A stretch of 61,958 nucleotides of DNA from a candidate division Zixibacteria bacterium SM23_73_2 (lineage in GTDB: Bacteria > Zixibacteria > MSB-5A5 > SM23-73-2), in NCBI GenBank assembly GCA_001304315.1, contig LJUW01000001.1, forward strand, positions 1 to 61,958. The letters run 5' to 3'. Positions 47,398 through 57,996 of the stretch are shown here, piece after piece (the stretch's first letter is position 1; the number at the start of each line of letters is the position of its first letter). Both the position numbers and the translations under genes were made by a program. Below the pieces are notes generated by a model that did no database searches, had not been told where the DNA came from, and saw only the letters and a program-made list of their open reading frames with translations.

Positions 47398-48324
47398 CTA
47401 TTTACCTTTCAGGCGATCCAGAACATACTCTATCCTGTTTAAAACAAAAGGATGAGTCTCTTTTTTCTTTATGTTAACCACAGCCACCATTCCCACAGGG
47501 TCTTCTATTTCTCCCAAAGCCTCAACTGCAAATGCCCTGGTTGACCAATCAGGATGATTTAACTTGTTCATCAAAGGTTCCACAGCTTTCTGTTTTTTTA
47601 TTTTCCCCAAAGCTACTATGGAAAGGTTCCTGACGAAATCGTTTTCATCACTTAAAAGTGAAATCAGAGTATCAAAAGCTGAATCACCCATCTCAGATAA
47701 GGATATGCAGGCTGTCATTCTAACCGAGTAGTGAGGATCCTTTAAGGCAGAGACCAATGGTGATATTCCTCTTTTGTCCTTTAATTCTCCCAGGGCAACT
47801 GAGGCACATTTTCTAACCGTTTCAACGGAATCATAAAGCATAACGATAATCTCTTCGGTTATGGTAGTATCCCCGATTTTCCCCAATGCAGAACAAGCTC
47901 CCCCTCTTACGCTATGGGTGGGATGAGTCAATTGCTTAGCCAGAGGCAAAACTGCCCTTTTGTCTTTGATCTTTCCCAAGGTTCTGGCAGTTGCCCTCAG
48001 ACGAAATTCATCCTCGGATTTCAGAGATTCGATCAGAGGTAAAACCGCAGGTTCACCGATCTCGGATAATATGTCAACTAAAGTAAGTATCTCCCGGGCA
48101 TCCTGGGTATCCAGTTTTTCAACCAGATATGGAACCGCTAATCCACCCATCTGTATCAATTTCTCCTTGGCTGGACCCTCTTCCTCTCTGAACATCACCA
48201 TCCCGGAGGAAGCCTTGATGAAAAGGCTGTTCACTTCATCTTTTACCCGCTGTGCAAAGGCTGAACACCAGAAACACTGAAAAACCATGAATAAGAAAAT
48301 AAACACTGAAAAAAACTTTCTCAT
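47398..48324 (-). CDS. Exported HEAT/PBS-lyase repeat protein
   Basis: Signal peptide (AFA-Q); repeated VR..A..ALG.IGD..AV.PL units. Confidence 0.85.
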   Translation of the reverse strand: MRKFFSVFIFLFMVFQCFWCSAFAQRVKDEVNSLFIKASSGMVMFREEEGPAKEKLIQMGGLAVPYLVEKLDTQDAREILTLVDILSEIGEPAVLPLIESLKSEDEFRLRATARTLGKIKDKRAVLPLAKQLTHPTHSVRGGACSALGKIGDTTITEEIIVMLYDSVETVRKCASVALGELKDKRGISPLVSALKDPHYSVRMTACISLSEMGDSAFDTLISLLSDENDFVRNLSIVALGKIKKQKAVEPLMNKLNHPDWSTRAFAVEALGEIEDPVGMVAVVNIKKKETHPFVLNRIEYVLDRLKGK

Positions 48325-48352
48325 CCTTTACCTCTTAACTTCATCTTTTTCT

Positions 48353-48394
48353 ATTTTAAATTTTGAATTTTTCTTTTTTAATTTTTAATTTTAA
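48353..48394. repeat. 7-bp AT-rich tandem array over the stop codon of 48378..50363
   Basis: ATTTTAA ATTTTGA ATTTTTC TTTTTTA ATTTTTA ATTTTAA. Confidence 0.5.
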
Positions 48395-50363
48395 AAAACT
48401 CCCCGTCAATTCCCGCTCCCCATTTGGAGGGAATAACCCACCAGGTGCTGTCCTTCCCATTACCAGCATACCAATCTTTACCTGAAAGATCCAAAAAAAG
48501 ACCAACTGAACCATAATCCCTTCTGGGATTACCATAACCCTGGGTGTTGTGGGTTCTTTTAACCGTGTAGCTATCGTCACCCTTATCATCTATTATAATG
48601 CCGATGCCGTTGGCAGATCCGGCACCCTGGGATAGATCGTAGGCACTGTAGGAATCGTCCCCGGATTTATCCAGCAGGATTCCTAAAGCCAGATCATGAC
48701 CGCACCCCTGGGATACGCCTTTGGAGATATACACATCATCACCATTCTCATCGATCAAAACCCCCAGGGTCATGTGAGTTCCCGCACCCTGAGCATACTG
48801 AAAGGAGACGTATTTATCGTTGCCCCAACAATCAACCAAAGCCCCCAAAGCCCACCAGTAGGATGAGCCCTGTCCGAAGATGTCTGAGATGTATGTGTCA
48901 TTGCCAGAATAATCGAACAAAAATCCTATTCCACCGGACATCAAAGGTCTTAGCCCGTACGAAAATCCCTGAGATAAGCTCAGGTAATGATCCTCATACC
49001 TTAATATATCTTTATATTTGTTACCAGCAGAATAGCTATCATTTCCAGAGGAATCAATAAGAGAGCCAAAGCCAGAGACAAAGGCAAATCCCTGAGCAAA
49101 CAAAGCCCCGGAATACTGATCATTGCCCTTCACATCAGATAATACTCCGATTCCAAAAGAGCCAGCACCCTGGGTGAAGGTATCCCCGAAATATTTATCA
49201 TGCCCACCCTGATCCAGAAGAATCCCCACACCGAAAAGACCTGAGCCCAAAGAGAAATTCGATGCCTGGTAATTATCGTCTCCAGATCTGTCCCACAGAA
49301 TTCCCACCCCGAAAAATCCAGAGCCCAAATTATAAAAATCTTTTGTTTTGTACTGATCGTCTCCTCCCAGATCTATAAGCACGGAGAGATTCGCTTTTTC
49401 GCTTGATGAGAAACTGTACTCATCATCCCCTCCCAGATCAATTATAATAGCATAAGAGCCATTATATCGATTGGGAACCTTGTTGCCCACGTAAATATCA
49501 CCATAAGAGCTTTTCAAAGATAAAAGCACATCTTTTTTTATCATCATCGGGTCAGTAATTTTTATATCTTTCACCAGAGCAAAAGCCCTCTGGGTGGCAC
49601 CAGATAAAATCATCCCAGCATTCAAAATCTTTTCAAGCTTAACCTTCTTTAAAGTCGGAATCATCTCCCTGGAAATCTCCTCCTCGTACTTCTCCTCGAA
49701 ATCCAACTGCTCAGCTGATTTGAACTCATCCTCCACGTCATCCTGAAGAAGTATGGGGAAATTCTCTTTCAAGAACTCAAGCTCCTCTTTTGACAAATAT
49801 TCAAGTGCTGAAGCAAGTTCTTTTCTGGCATCAATCATAGCTGAGAGTATTAAAGCCAGAGTCCTTCTTAAATCCCTTGGAAGGTATTTGGCTTTTTTAA
49901 AAGCTTCCTTTTGATCTTTACTCAACTTGCTTTCTGTTTTTTCAAGAAAAGCTAAAATCGCATCCTCAAGCTCCATTGGCTGTACTTTCACTGTTTCTGA
50001 ATCGAAATGGTAACCAAGTGAAGCTATATGATGATTTAGCAAACTGGTTAAAGAGCTCTGGTAGGAAAGCAGCTCAGCTCCCAGACTCTCGCTGTATTCT
50101 GTAGTGGAAAGTGGATTTTGCATCAGGTGATTTATTATATCCAGCCTGAAAGAATCGATATCCAGATAATCAGCCCTTAAAACCAGATCGCTTTGGTTCA
50201 TATTGATGCACTTCAAGGCTTGATCCAGAGCATAGGATCTTAATGAGTCAGCATCCAAACTAAAATCGACCGTTTCTGCTTCAGGAGTTTGCGCAAAGGT
50301 GTGGTTTAAAGAAAAAGTAACAAAAATAAAAATAATCGAAAAAATAAAAAAATTTATTTTCAT
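48378..50363 (-). CDS. Exported protein with Gly-rich D-x-x-G-x-D-x-Y repeats
   Basis: Signal peptide (TFA-Q), helical N-half, about 11 repeats of G.G...G.G.L.D..G.D.Y in the C-half. Confidence 0.75.
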   Translation of the reverse strand: MKINFFIFSIIFIFVTFSLNHTFAQTPEAETVDFSLDADSLRSYALDQALKCINMNQSDLVLRADYLDIDSFRLDIINHLMQNPLSTTEYSESLGAELLSYQSSLTSLLNHHIASLGYHFDSETVKVQPMELEDAILAFLEKTESKLSKDQKEAFKKAKYLPRDLRRTLALILSAMIDARKELASALEYLSKEELEFLKENFPILLQDDVEDEFKSAEQLDFEEKYEEEISREMIPTLKKVKLEKILNAGMILSGATQRAFALVKDIKITDPMMIKKDVLLSLKSSYGDIYVGNKVPNRYNGSYAIIIDLGGDDEYSFSSSEKANLSVLIDLGGDDQYKTKDFYNLGSGFFGVGILWDRSGDDNYQASNFSLGSGLFGVGILLDQGGHDKYFGDTFTQGAGSFGIGVLSDVKGNDQYSGALFAQGFAFVSGFGSLIDSSGNDSYSAGNKYKDILRYEDHYLSLSQGFSYGLRPLMSGGIGFLFDYSGNDTYISDIFGQGSSYWWALGALVDCWGNDKYVSFQYAQGAGTHMTLGVLIDENGDDVYISKGVSQGCGHDLALGILLDKSGDDSYSAYDLSQGAGSANGIGIIIDDKGDDSYTVKRTHNTQGYGNPRRDYGSVGLFLDLSGKDWYAGNGKDSTWWVIPSKWGAGIDGEFFKIKN

Positions 50364-50403
50364 CCAGTAAAACCTCCTTTAATAACCAAATTCAGACTTG
50401 TTT

Positions 50404-51129
50404 TTATGAGAACTCTTCGTCTTTTTTCTTTTTCTGAGTTACCTTCAAAACCACTATGCTTACCTCATATAATATGTAAAGCGGTCCTGCAAGCATGATC
50501 TGAGAGAAAAGATCCGGAGGAGTAAGAAAGGAAGCTAAAATCAAAATACCAACGATGGCATATTTTCTTCCCTTAACTAAGGTCTGAGGGCCGATTAAAC
50601 CTATTCTCCCTAAAAAGTAAGATATCACCGGCAACTCAAATACCGCCCCGAAAGCCAGGGTCATATAGGATACGAAGCTCACGTATGAGCTTATTTTTAT
50701 CATAGGCGAAAGCTTCTCGGTTCCGAATCCCAAAAGGAATTTTATCCCCAGGGGGAGAACTAAAAAGAAACAGAAGCAGGCTCCTATTAAAAAAAAGATG
50801 GTGGATGATATCACCACCGGAATAACCAGCTTGATCTCCTTTACAAAAAGACCGGGTACAACGAACTGCCACAGATGATAGAAGATGACCGGAACGCTCA
50901 AGATGATTCCCACGATTATGGACATCTTTATTCTTATGGCAAAAGCCTCGGTGGGATCCATAAAAAAAAGTTGTTCAACCGGACGAGCGATGAAATCTAT
51001 TATCCTGTCTGAGAAAAAATAAGCTGCTATGGAGAAGACCAGAATGAAGATCAAACATCTGATGATCCTTTTTCTCAGCTCCTCCAGATGCTCTATAAAT
51101 GACATCTCCTTTGGTTCTTTTTCCGCCAT
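50404..51129 (-). CDS. tatC: Twin-arginine translocase subunit TatC
   Basis: HLEELRKR, PTEAF, WQFVVPGL...E, FELPV, LTPPD, LYE. Confidence 0.96.
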   Translation of the reverse strand: MAEKEPKEMSFIEHLEELRKRIIRCLIFILVFSIAAYFFSDRIIDFIARPVEQLFFMDPTEAFAIRIKMSIIVGIILSVPVIFYHLWQFVVPGLFVKEIKLVIPVVISSTIFFLIGACFCFFLVLPLGIKFLLGFGTEKLSPMIKISSYVSFVSYMTLAFGAVFELPVISYFLGRIGLIGPQTLVKGRKYAIVGILILASFLTPPDLFSQIMLAGPLYILYEVSIVVLKVTQKKKKDEEFS

Positions 51130-51148
51130 TTAATTAATTTTATTTCAC

Positions 51149-51190
51149 AACCTATCCACCGAAGGTGGATCCGCCTCAGGTGGAAAGGTT
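51149..51190. repeat. Double-hairpin palindromic element
   Basis: AACCT-ATCCACC-gaa-GGTGGAT-CCGCCT-c-AGGTGGA-AAGGTT. Confidence 0.6.
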
Positions 51191-51226
51191 ACATCTGCCA
51201 AAATACTTATATCGACTCACCAACTA

Positions 51227-51679
51227 CTACGAACCTAAAAGTCCCTTCAGCTCGTTCATGAACTCGTTTATATCCTTGAACTTGTGATAGACCGAGGCGA
51301 ACCTCACGTAAGCCACCTCATCGGTCTGTTTGAGCTTTCCCATTACCACTTTGCCGATCTCCTTGCTGGTAACTTCCTTCTTGGACAAAGTCTGAAGCTC
51401 CTCCTCTATCTCCTCCACTAAAGCTGCTATCTTTTTGGCTGAGATTGGCCTTTTGTTGCAAGCTAATTCTATCCCCCTTTGAAGTTTCTGCCTATCGAAC
51501 GGCTCCCTTCTACCGTCGTTTTTAACTATGGTCAGGGATACGTTCTCGATGTACTCATAAGTGGTGAACCTTTTTGCGCAGGAAGAGCATTCCCTTCTTC
51601 TCCTCACCGACCTTCCGTCAGCTGAAGGGCGGGAATCCACCACCCGATCCTCCTCATGTCCGCAATAAGGACATCTCAT
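51227..51679 (-). CDS. nrdR: Transcriptional repressor NrdR
   Basis: MRCPYC...RRRRECSSC..RFTTYE zinc ribbon, ATP cone, VAYVRFASVY. Confidence 0.97.
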   Translation of the reverse strand: MRCPYCGHEEDRVVDSRPSADGRSVRRRRECSSCAKRFTTYEYIENVSLTIVKNDGRREPFDRQKLQRGIELACNKRPISAKKIAALVEEIEEELQTLSKKEVTSKEIGKVVMGKLKQTDEVAYVRFASVYHKFKDINEFMNELKGLLGS

Positions 51680-51682
51680 ATT

Positions 51683-52195
51683 CTATCCCTCCTTATACCC
51701 TTTCTTTTTTTCCAGAACTTTTATCTTCACTCCGGCCTGCCTTAACATTTCCTCTGAAAACTTATCAGGATAACTATCCCGAATGACTATTTCGTTAATC
51801 CCCGAATTTATTATCAATTTACTGCAAAGTACACAGGGATGGGTGGTGGAATACATGATCGAATCCTTTATGTTCACCCCGAACATAGCTGCCTGGGCAA
51901 TGGCGTTCTGCTCGGCATGAACTGCCCGGCAGAGCTCATGGCGCTCGCCGGAGGGAATCTTCAACTTCTCCCTTAGACATCCAATGTCCAGACAGTGGGG
52001 AAGGCCTTTGGGAGCTCCGTTGTATCCGGTGGTTAATATCTTTTTATCCTTGACTATCACCGCTCCCACCTGGCGGCGTAAACAGGTTGAGCGGGTGGCT
52101 GCCAGCTCTGCCAAACCCATAAAGTACTCATCCCAGGAAGGGCGCTTTCGCTTAGATTCCTTTTTTTTAATCCTCGATTTATCCCTTGTGCTCAA
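51683..52195 (-). CDS. dCMP deaminase (ComEB family)
   Basis: [37 protein letters not shown]. Confidence 0.93.
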   Translation of the reverse strand: MSTRDKSRIKKKESKRKRPSWDEYFMGLAELAATRSTCLRRQVGAVIVKDKKILTTGYNGAPKGLPHCLDIGCLREKLKIPSGERHELCRAVHAEQNAIAQAAMFGVNIKDSIMYSTTHPCVLCSKLIINSGINEIVIRDSYPDKFSEEMLRQAGVKIKVLEKKKGYKEG

Positions 52196-52991
52196 GTTTT
52201 ATCCTATCACCTACCTTTGCCAAAAGAAGCTTTTGAGCATCTCCCTCACTCGCCGAGAGCTCCAGAAGTCCAGAGCTTCCGATCAAAGCTAAAATCTCAT
52301 TTCTCTTTCCCTCAAAATAGGATAGGGATATCTTTTTTATCCTTTTCCCTTTAAAGACAATATCAAAACTATCCTTTTTTGCAAAAGTGTCAACTAAATT
52401 TTTATCGATGTTGGTTATCAGATTTCCGAAGCTGTCGATGTGGATTATCTCCCCTGAGATTTCATCTTTGAGAATTTCAGGCAGCTTAATCTTGAACTTG
52501 AAACATTCCTTTGCATCAGGGCCAAACTCGCCCAGCTCGACTCCCAAAGAAAGGTAAGCAGCAACCGGTGCAAATATATCCCGGGCATGAAACACAGGCG
52601 ATGGCTTTCCGATAAAGTATTTTTCTCTGGTGATGTTTTTTATCTCCAAGATCTTTTCTTTTTCAAAAACATAGGAGAGAACCCCATTGTCCGGGCCTAT
52701 GAAAAAATATCTCTCAGTCCTTACAAGCAGGGCTTTTCTCGGGCCTCCAACTCCTGGATCTACGATCACAAGGTGTATGGTATCCTCAGGAAAATATGGA
52801 TAAAATTCGGAAAGAACAAAACATCCCTCCCACACATCAAAGGGATTTATCTGGTGGGTTATATCCACCATCTGAACTTTTGGATTGATGCTTGATATCA
52901 CCCCTTTGATACAGCCAGCGTATCCTGACTTAATCCCGAAATCGGTTAAAAGGGTAATTATCCTCGGAGAAGTCTTTTTTGGATTTCTCAT
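52179..52991 (-). CDS. SAM hydroxide adenosyltransferase / chlorinase-fluorinase family (DUF62)
   Basis: [41 protein letters not shown]. Likely start ATG at 52991. Confidence 0.92.
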   Translation of the reverse strand: MRNPKKTSPRIITLLTDFGIKSGYAGCIKGVISSINPKVQMVDITHQINPFDVWEGCFVLSEFYPYFPEDTIHLVIVDPGVGGPRKALLVRTERYFFIGPDNGVLSYVFEKEKILEIKNITREKYFIGKPSPVFHARDIFAPVAAYLSLGVELGEFGPDAKECFKFKIKLPEILKDEISGEIIHIDSFGNLITNIDKNLVDTFAKKDSFDIVFKGKRIKKISLSYFEGKRNEILALIGSSGLLELSASEGDAQKLLLAKVGDRIKLEHKG

Positions 52992-52992
52992 T

Positions 52993-53418
52993 TTAAAGGT
53001 CAAGAAGGTTTAAACCGGTCTGAGGGTCTTTTTTTCTTTGTAGCATATCAGAAGAAACGCAGATGAAAAATTCACCAGTTCCGGTAACTGTTGCGGAGAA
53101 AAGATGACCTCCTATAACCTTAAAATCCCTGCCTGAGAGGGTAACGTGGGCATGAACATCGGGTTTGCCCTCAAAATAATAGATATCACCAACCAGGCTG
53201 GAGATCTCATATTCATCATCAAAGGTCTTTTTTATATATTCCCTGTTCTTCACGTCGAAATAACCCAAGGTGGCATCCTTGATTGCTCCCAATCCAAAAA
53301 GAAATCCACCCAAAATTTTCTCTTTTTTCGCGAATTCGGAAAGTGAGGATATAACCTCCTCCCCGGCTTCCAACCTGACTATGTATCCATTTGGAATCTT
53401 TTTATAAAACATACTCAT
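52993..53418 (-). CDS. PPC domain (DUF296) protein
   Basis: RLEAGEEV, GLGA, EISSLVG, HAHVTL, GGHL. Confidence 0.9.
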   Translation of the reverse strand: MSMFYKKIPNGYIVRLEAGEEVISSLSEFAKKEKILGGFLFGLGAIKDATLGYFDVKNREYIKKTFDDEYEISSLVGDIYYFEGKPDVHAHVTLSGRDFKVIGGHLFSATVTGTGEFFICVSSDMLQRKKDPQTGLNLLDL

Positions 53419-53467
53419 TCCTTTCTTTTTTCAGCGTTTTCAGTGATTCAAAATGTTTTCTTTTTCT

Positions 53468-53785
53468 CTAACGAGTTTCCGATTCAATCCAATCAAGGTA
53501 CTCCTTTGAACCGGAAATTAAAGGCAGGGCAATTATCTCCGGTACAGAATAGCTGTGAAGCTTTTTTGTCTCTTTTTCTATTTTTTTAAAATTGTCATTT
53601 TTTGATTTTGCCATTAACAGAACCTCATCCTCGTCTGATATCTCACCCTTCCACCAGAAAAAGGATTTTATGTCTTTAATAATATTCACACAAGCAACCA
53701 GCTTTTTCTCAAGCAGAGCTTTCCCTATCTTTTCTGCCTGGTCAAAAGTTGAGGCGGTGATGAAAACAACCATATACTCTGTCAT
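53468..53785 (-). CDS. cutA: Divalent-cation tolerance protein CutA
   Basis: LVACVNI, SFFWWKG, E.LLMAK, HSYSVPEII, YLDWI. Confidence 0.95.
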   Translation of the reverse strand: MTEYMVVFITASTFDQAEKIGKALLEKKLVACVNIIKDIKSFFWWKGEISDEDEVLLMAKSKNDNFKKIEKETKKLHSYSVPEIIALPLISGSKEYLDWIESETR

Positions 53786-54087
53786 CTGTTTATCTTTCTT
53801 TTAAGAATTCTCTCCAGATCGTTCACCTTTCCCTTGATTCTTTTTTTAACTCCCCTTCTATCGTCTATGGCAATTGTGGTGTAAATCCTTTTGCAGCCCT
53901 TTCTCAAAGCCCGGTGGCATTTCTTTATTACCCCAAAGACCTCATCCCAGCTTCCTTCGATAATGGTACCCATGGAACAGGTCTGATAGGGTAAACCGCT
54001 TTTATCCACGATGTCAATTGCTTTGGCTACGTATTTGCCAACCCTCTCACCTTCGCTGGTGGGGAAGGTGCTGAATATGACTACCAT
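53782..54087 (-). CDS. MTH1187/YkoF-like thiamine-binding protein (DUF77)
   Basis: YVAKAIDIV.KSGLPY, SMGTIIEG.WDEV, IDDR. Confidence 0.9.
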   Translation of the reverse strand: MVVIFSTFPTSEGERVGKYVAKAIDIVDKSGLPYQTCSMGTIIEGSWDEVFGVIKKCHRALRKGCKRIYTTIAIDDRRGVKKRIKGKVNDLERILKRKINR

Positions 54088-54184
54088 CTCTCCTCCTTTT
54101 AAAGAGTTACCTCACCCAAGTTGAAATCATATTTCTCTTTACAGATCCAACCATAATTCATTCACAATAAGATTAATTTCATTA

Positions 54185-54208
54185 ATAGGGCTGGGCTGGA
54201 AGCCCAGC
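54185..54208 (+). repeat. REP-like hairpin (possible terminator after pyk)
   Basis: ATAGG-GCTGGGCT-gga-AGCCCAGC. Confidence 0.5.
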
Positions 54209-54231
54209 TTTGCCCAAGTTATCAAATGAAG

Positions 54232-55686
54232 TTAATACACGGTTAAAATCCTTAACGAGTTGGTACTACCAGGCTCTCCAAAGGGAACGCCAGAGGTGAT
54301 CGCTATTTTTTCACCTTTTTTCATAAATTTATTGACAAGCAAATAATCGAAGACCGCCTTTTCAGCTTGCTCACTCTTATCTACCTCTTTTAAAAGAATT
54401 GGATAAACTGCGTAAGACAAACTCAATTGATTCACTACTTTGAGATCATACGTAAAAGCTAAAATCCAGCAATCCGGCTTGTGCTTGGAAACCATTCGTG
54501 GGGTAGCACCTGTTCTGGTAGGGGTGATTATATATTTCAAGTTTAAAGATCTGGAGGCACTAAAGGCCGAGCCAGATATAACCTCGGCAATTGAATACTC
54601 CTTTTCATCCCGTGAAAAAACTTTTCTTTGACCTGTACCCGGATTCTCCTCAGTAACCTTGCAGATCTTAGCCATCATCCTAACCGTCTCTGTAGGGAAT
54701 TTACCTATGGCGGTCTCCTCGGACAACATCACTGCATCGGTACCGTCAAGAATAGCGTTTGCCACATCGGTTGCCTCAGCCCTGGTAGGAAGACGGTTTA
54801 ATACCATGGACTCCATCATCTGTGTAGCAGTTATCACCGGTTTTCCAGCCCGATTACATTTATGAATCAACCTCTTCTGGACGAAAGGCACCTCTTCGAT
54901 TGGGATCTCCACCCCCAAATCTCCTCGCGCTGCCATTATTCCATCCGCAGAGGAGATTATTTGATCGATATTCTCCAGTGCTTTTCTTTTCTCGATCTTG
55001 GCTATAAGGAATATAGCTTTGCCCAGCTTTTTAGCAAATTTTTTGACCTTTTCAATATCCTCAGGGGTTTGAACAAATGAGAGACAAACCATATCCAGAT
55101 CATTTTCCAGCCAGAATCGGAGGTGTTTTTTATCCTCAGAGGTGAAAGCGGAAATACTCAAATCAAATCCGGGAAAATTTATTCCTTTTCTACTCCTGAG
55201 TTCTCCCCCCACCTCCACTTTACAAAGAAGTTCATTTTCATCCTTTTTTTTCACTTTTAACTGGAGCATCCCATCACTTAAGTAGACCCAAGCACCTTTT
55301 TCTATCTTTTCAGGAAACCTTTTTATATTCACATGTAACCTTTCCTCATTGCCGATGATTTTCTTGGTGGTCAAAACTACATCTTTGCCTTTTTTCAAAT
55401 AAATGAAATCCTTGTAAAGCCCCCCGATCCTTATCTTGGGACCAGGAAGATCCTGAAGTAAGCCCACAGGTCGGTTTAACTTTTTGGAGATTTCTTTAAT
55501 CCTTTGAACATAGGTAAGGCAAGTCTCGTGATCCAAATGAGAGAAATTAAGCCTGGCCACATCCATGCCCTCAGTGATGAGCTTTTCCAAAATCTTAGGG
55601 GAGCCAGAAGCAGGACCTATGGTGCATACAATTTTTGTTTTAAAGAAAGGTAATGAACCAATCTTATTTTGTCTTCTTTTCCCCAA
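54232..55686 (-). CDS. pyk: Pyruvate kinase
   Basis: TKIVCTIGPAS, ARLNFSH, DLPGPKIR, AKIE, ARGDLGVE, ATQMMESM, TRAEATDVANA. Confidence 0.97.
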   Translation of the reverse strand: MGKRRQNKIGSLPFFKTKIVCTIGPASGSPKILEKLITEGMDVARLNFSHLDHETCLTYVQRIKEISKKLNRPVGLLQDLPGPKIRIGGLYKDFIYLKKGKDVVLTTKKIIGNEERLHVNIKRFPEKIEKGAWVYLSDGMLQLKVKKKDENELLCKVEVGGELRSRKGINFPGFDLSISAFTSEDKKHLRFWLENDLDMVCLSFVQTPEDIEKVKKFAKKLGKAIFLIAKIEKRKALENIDQIISSADGIMAARGDLGVEIPIEEVPFVQKRLIHKCNRAGKPVITATQMMESMVLNRLPTRAEATDVANAILDGTDAVMLSEETAIGKFPTETVRMMAKICKVTEENPGTGQRKVFSRDEKEYSIAEVISGSAFSASRSLNLKYIITPTRTGATPRMVSKHKPDCWILAFTYDLKVVNQLSLSYAVYPILLKEVDKSEQAEKAVFDYLLVNKFMKKGEKIAITSGVPFGEPGSTNSLRILTVY

Positions 55687-57814
55687 GCTTTAATGCCTCC
55701 TTAATCAACTGGTCAAGTTTTTCCACCTTGAAGGGTTTGGTCAAAAAGTAATCGATCCCGTATTCTTTCATCTGTTCTGGATTGGGAACCACCCCCAGTC
55801 CGGTGAAAAGTATCACCGGAACCTCTTTTCTTAATCTCTTGATCATTCTGGATACCTCCCATCCGGACATTCCGGGCATTCCCAGATCGGTCAAAACCAG
55901 ATCGAAATCCTTTTTCTTAAAAAGGTTCAAGGCTTCAGCTCCACTTGAAGCGACCACGGCCTGGTATCCCAAGCCCTCTAACATACTCTCCAGAAGTTCC
56001 CTTATGATCTGTTGATCGTCGATAGCTAAAATCCTTGGTTTCCTCTTATCCAACATCTCCTCTTTTTTCTCTTCTATTTCTCTTTTAAACTCTCTGGTTA
56101 ACTTTTGTTTTTCAAATATCTTCTCCTTTGCCTTATCAAGGTCCTCTGTTATGATACGTTGAGGTTTTTCGTATTCTCTTTTTTGCTCCTTCCTAATCTT
56201 CTCCGAGATCTGCTCCACCACGGCCACTACCTCACCCCTTTTGTTTTTTAAAGGGTATGTCCTCACCAGAAAAGGATTCTCATTACCATCCAGAACCAAT
56301 TCCAGAGCATAAGGCTTTTTGGTTTTAAAAGAATATAAACAGGGACAGCTTTCCGGATGGTCACTGTGGTAAAGCAGCCGGTAGCACTTTTGACCCAATA
56401 TGTCTTTCTGAGGTAAGTCCAGAAAAAAAGATGTTTTATCATTTGCATTTATGATAACCTGATCCCGGTTATGCACGGTTATCATATCCTCAGAAAATGA
56501 GGAGACGAAATCCCATAATATATTCTGCGTTTCCAGCTTTTCCGAGATCTTCTGTGAACCAATAAAAAAGGAAATAAAACAACCTAAAGCCCGGGCAAAA
56601 TCAAAATCCTCCGATGAAAAACAAGGGGGTTTTGACTTTTCCATATACAAAGCTCCAAAAGGCTCATCATCTATCAAAACTGGTATTGCCATCACATTTT
56701 TTTCCTTATCATCTGACAGCACCTCATTTTTTAAAAACGCTTTTTCAATCAGAGGGTATTTTTCTAAAGAAAAGCTTTTATTCTCAATTTCAGGATTCAG
56801 GGATGCTCGGGCTTTTAATAATCTATTCCCTTTATCAAAAAGGAAAATGTGGCATTCCTCAGAATCCCAGAATTCCGATATTACGTTGACTATCTGTTTT
56901 AAAAACTCTTTTGTGTCTTTGATATTTACACAGTATAAAAGTTTTTCAAAAAGAACTCTCTGGTGTTCAGCTTTTTCAACCAGAGCTTTCTTTTCCTCTA
57001 ACTCTTCTTGATTATTTAGAAATCGTAATGAATACCCAATGCCTCTTGATAAATCTGATAGGTTTTTTTCATCCTTTTCAGAAAAACCGAATCTGGATTT
57101 TTTAAACAGGGCTAAAACTCCCCGCACCTTATCATCTGATAAAAGAGGAGTACAGATCAAAGATCTGATCCCCTCGTTTTCAACTAAAAAACCTAAAGCT
57201 TTCTGTTCTGTTATATCCTCTGCGATCTTTGTCTTTTTCGTCTTTAAAACCAAAGACAGGATATCATCACCCACCTTGAATTTTTTTAAATTATCCTCGG
57301 TTGAGGATAAAAGTCCGCTGCTTTCAACCATCATCAACTCTTGAGTACTCTGGTTAAAAAGAAAAAAAACTCCCCCATCCGCTCTTAGATATCTGATAAG
57401 TTCGGACAGGGAATAAGAAAAAAGCTCTTTTCTATTTCCTTTAGATTTAAGTTTGTTAACAAAATCAGCGGTGAAATCGAAATCCTTTTTAAACCTCTCT
57501 GCCTGCTCCCTCTCCTCAAATAAAGTCCTCAGCCAGTTCAAAGGGCTTATTATAAGAAGAACTATTCCTAAGGCGTAAAAGCCGAATTTCAAAACCAAAG
57601 CCCAGGGGGTCTGATCAAGTAAAAGATATCGATTGATTGGAAAAAGCTCGGTGGCTAAATCCAGAAGGCTTCCCAGGAAGATAAAAAACAAACCCCAAAG
57701 AAGCTCCCCCCAGCCAACCAGCTTGAGATTTTTGTATCTTGACCTTATCTTATCCAGGTAAAGCCACAGAAAAAATAAAAAGGCAAAAAAGAAAAATTTT
57801 ACAAAGAGTGACAT
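55664..57814 (-). CDS. Membrane-anchored GAF-GAF-PAS-receiver protein without a kinase core
   Basis: Three N-terminal TMs; SLICTPL..VRGVL and MAIPV..PFGALY GAF motifs; ILGQKCY...CPC PAS; C-terminal receiver (AIDDQ, TDLGMPGMSG, TG, KPF). Confidence 0.8.
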   Translation of the reverse strand: MSLFVKFFFFAFLFFLWLYLDKIRSRYKNLKLVGWGELLWGLFFIFLGSLLDLATELFPINRYLLLDQTPWALVLKFGFYALGIVLLIISPLNWLRTLFEEREQAERFKKDFDFTADFVNKLKSKGNRKELFSYSLSELIRYLRADGGVFFLFNQSTQELMMVESSGLLSSTEDNLKKFKVGDDILSLVLKTKKTKIAEDITEQKALGFLVENEGIRSLICTPLLSDDKVRGVLALFKKSRFGFSEKDEKNLSDLSRGIGYSLRFLNNQEELEEKKALVEKAEHQRVLFEKLLYCVNIKDTKEFLKQIVNVISEFWDSEECHIFLFDKGNRLLKARASLNPEIENKSFSLEKYPLIEKAFLKNEVLSDDKEKNVMAIPVLIDDEPFGALYMEKSKPPCFSSEDFDFARALGCFISFFIGSQKISEKLETQNILWDFVSSFSEDMITVHNRDQVIINANDKTSFFLDLPQKDILGQKCYRLLYHSDHPESCPCLYSFKTKKPYALELVLDGNENPFLVRTYPLKNKRGEVVAVVEQISEKIRKEQKREYEKPQRIITEDLDKAKEKIFEKQKLTREFKREIEEKKEEMLDKRKPRILAIDDQQIIRELLESMLEGLGYQAVVASSGAEALNLFKKKDFDLVLTDLGMPGMSGWEVSRMIKRLRKEVPVILFTGLGVVPNPEQMKEYGIDYFLTKPFKVEKLDQLIKEALKLGEKKTK

Positions 57815-57996
57815 TTTTTTCTTTTCCTTCTGTTAGCTTATAAATTAAGGTAAAATCAAAGTAAAATCAAATGTTTTTAACAAATAAAACTGGATAAATC
57901 TATAAACGGAACTCCCATCCCCACCCTTGAAAATCTTACCAAATTATCCCAATTCTATAAAGAGTTGTACCTGAATAAAAATATTAAGCTAATTTC

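Noticed and set aside
52179-52991. Halogenase (fluorinase/chlorinase) biosynthetic cluster
   Set aside because: The context is housekeeping, and the Asp/His/Arg residues typical of SAM-hydrolysing DUF62 members appear present (VDPG, FHARD); no secondary-metabolite genes are nearby.
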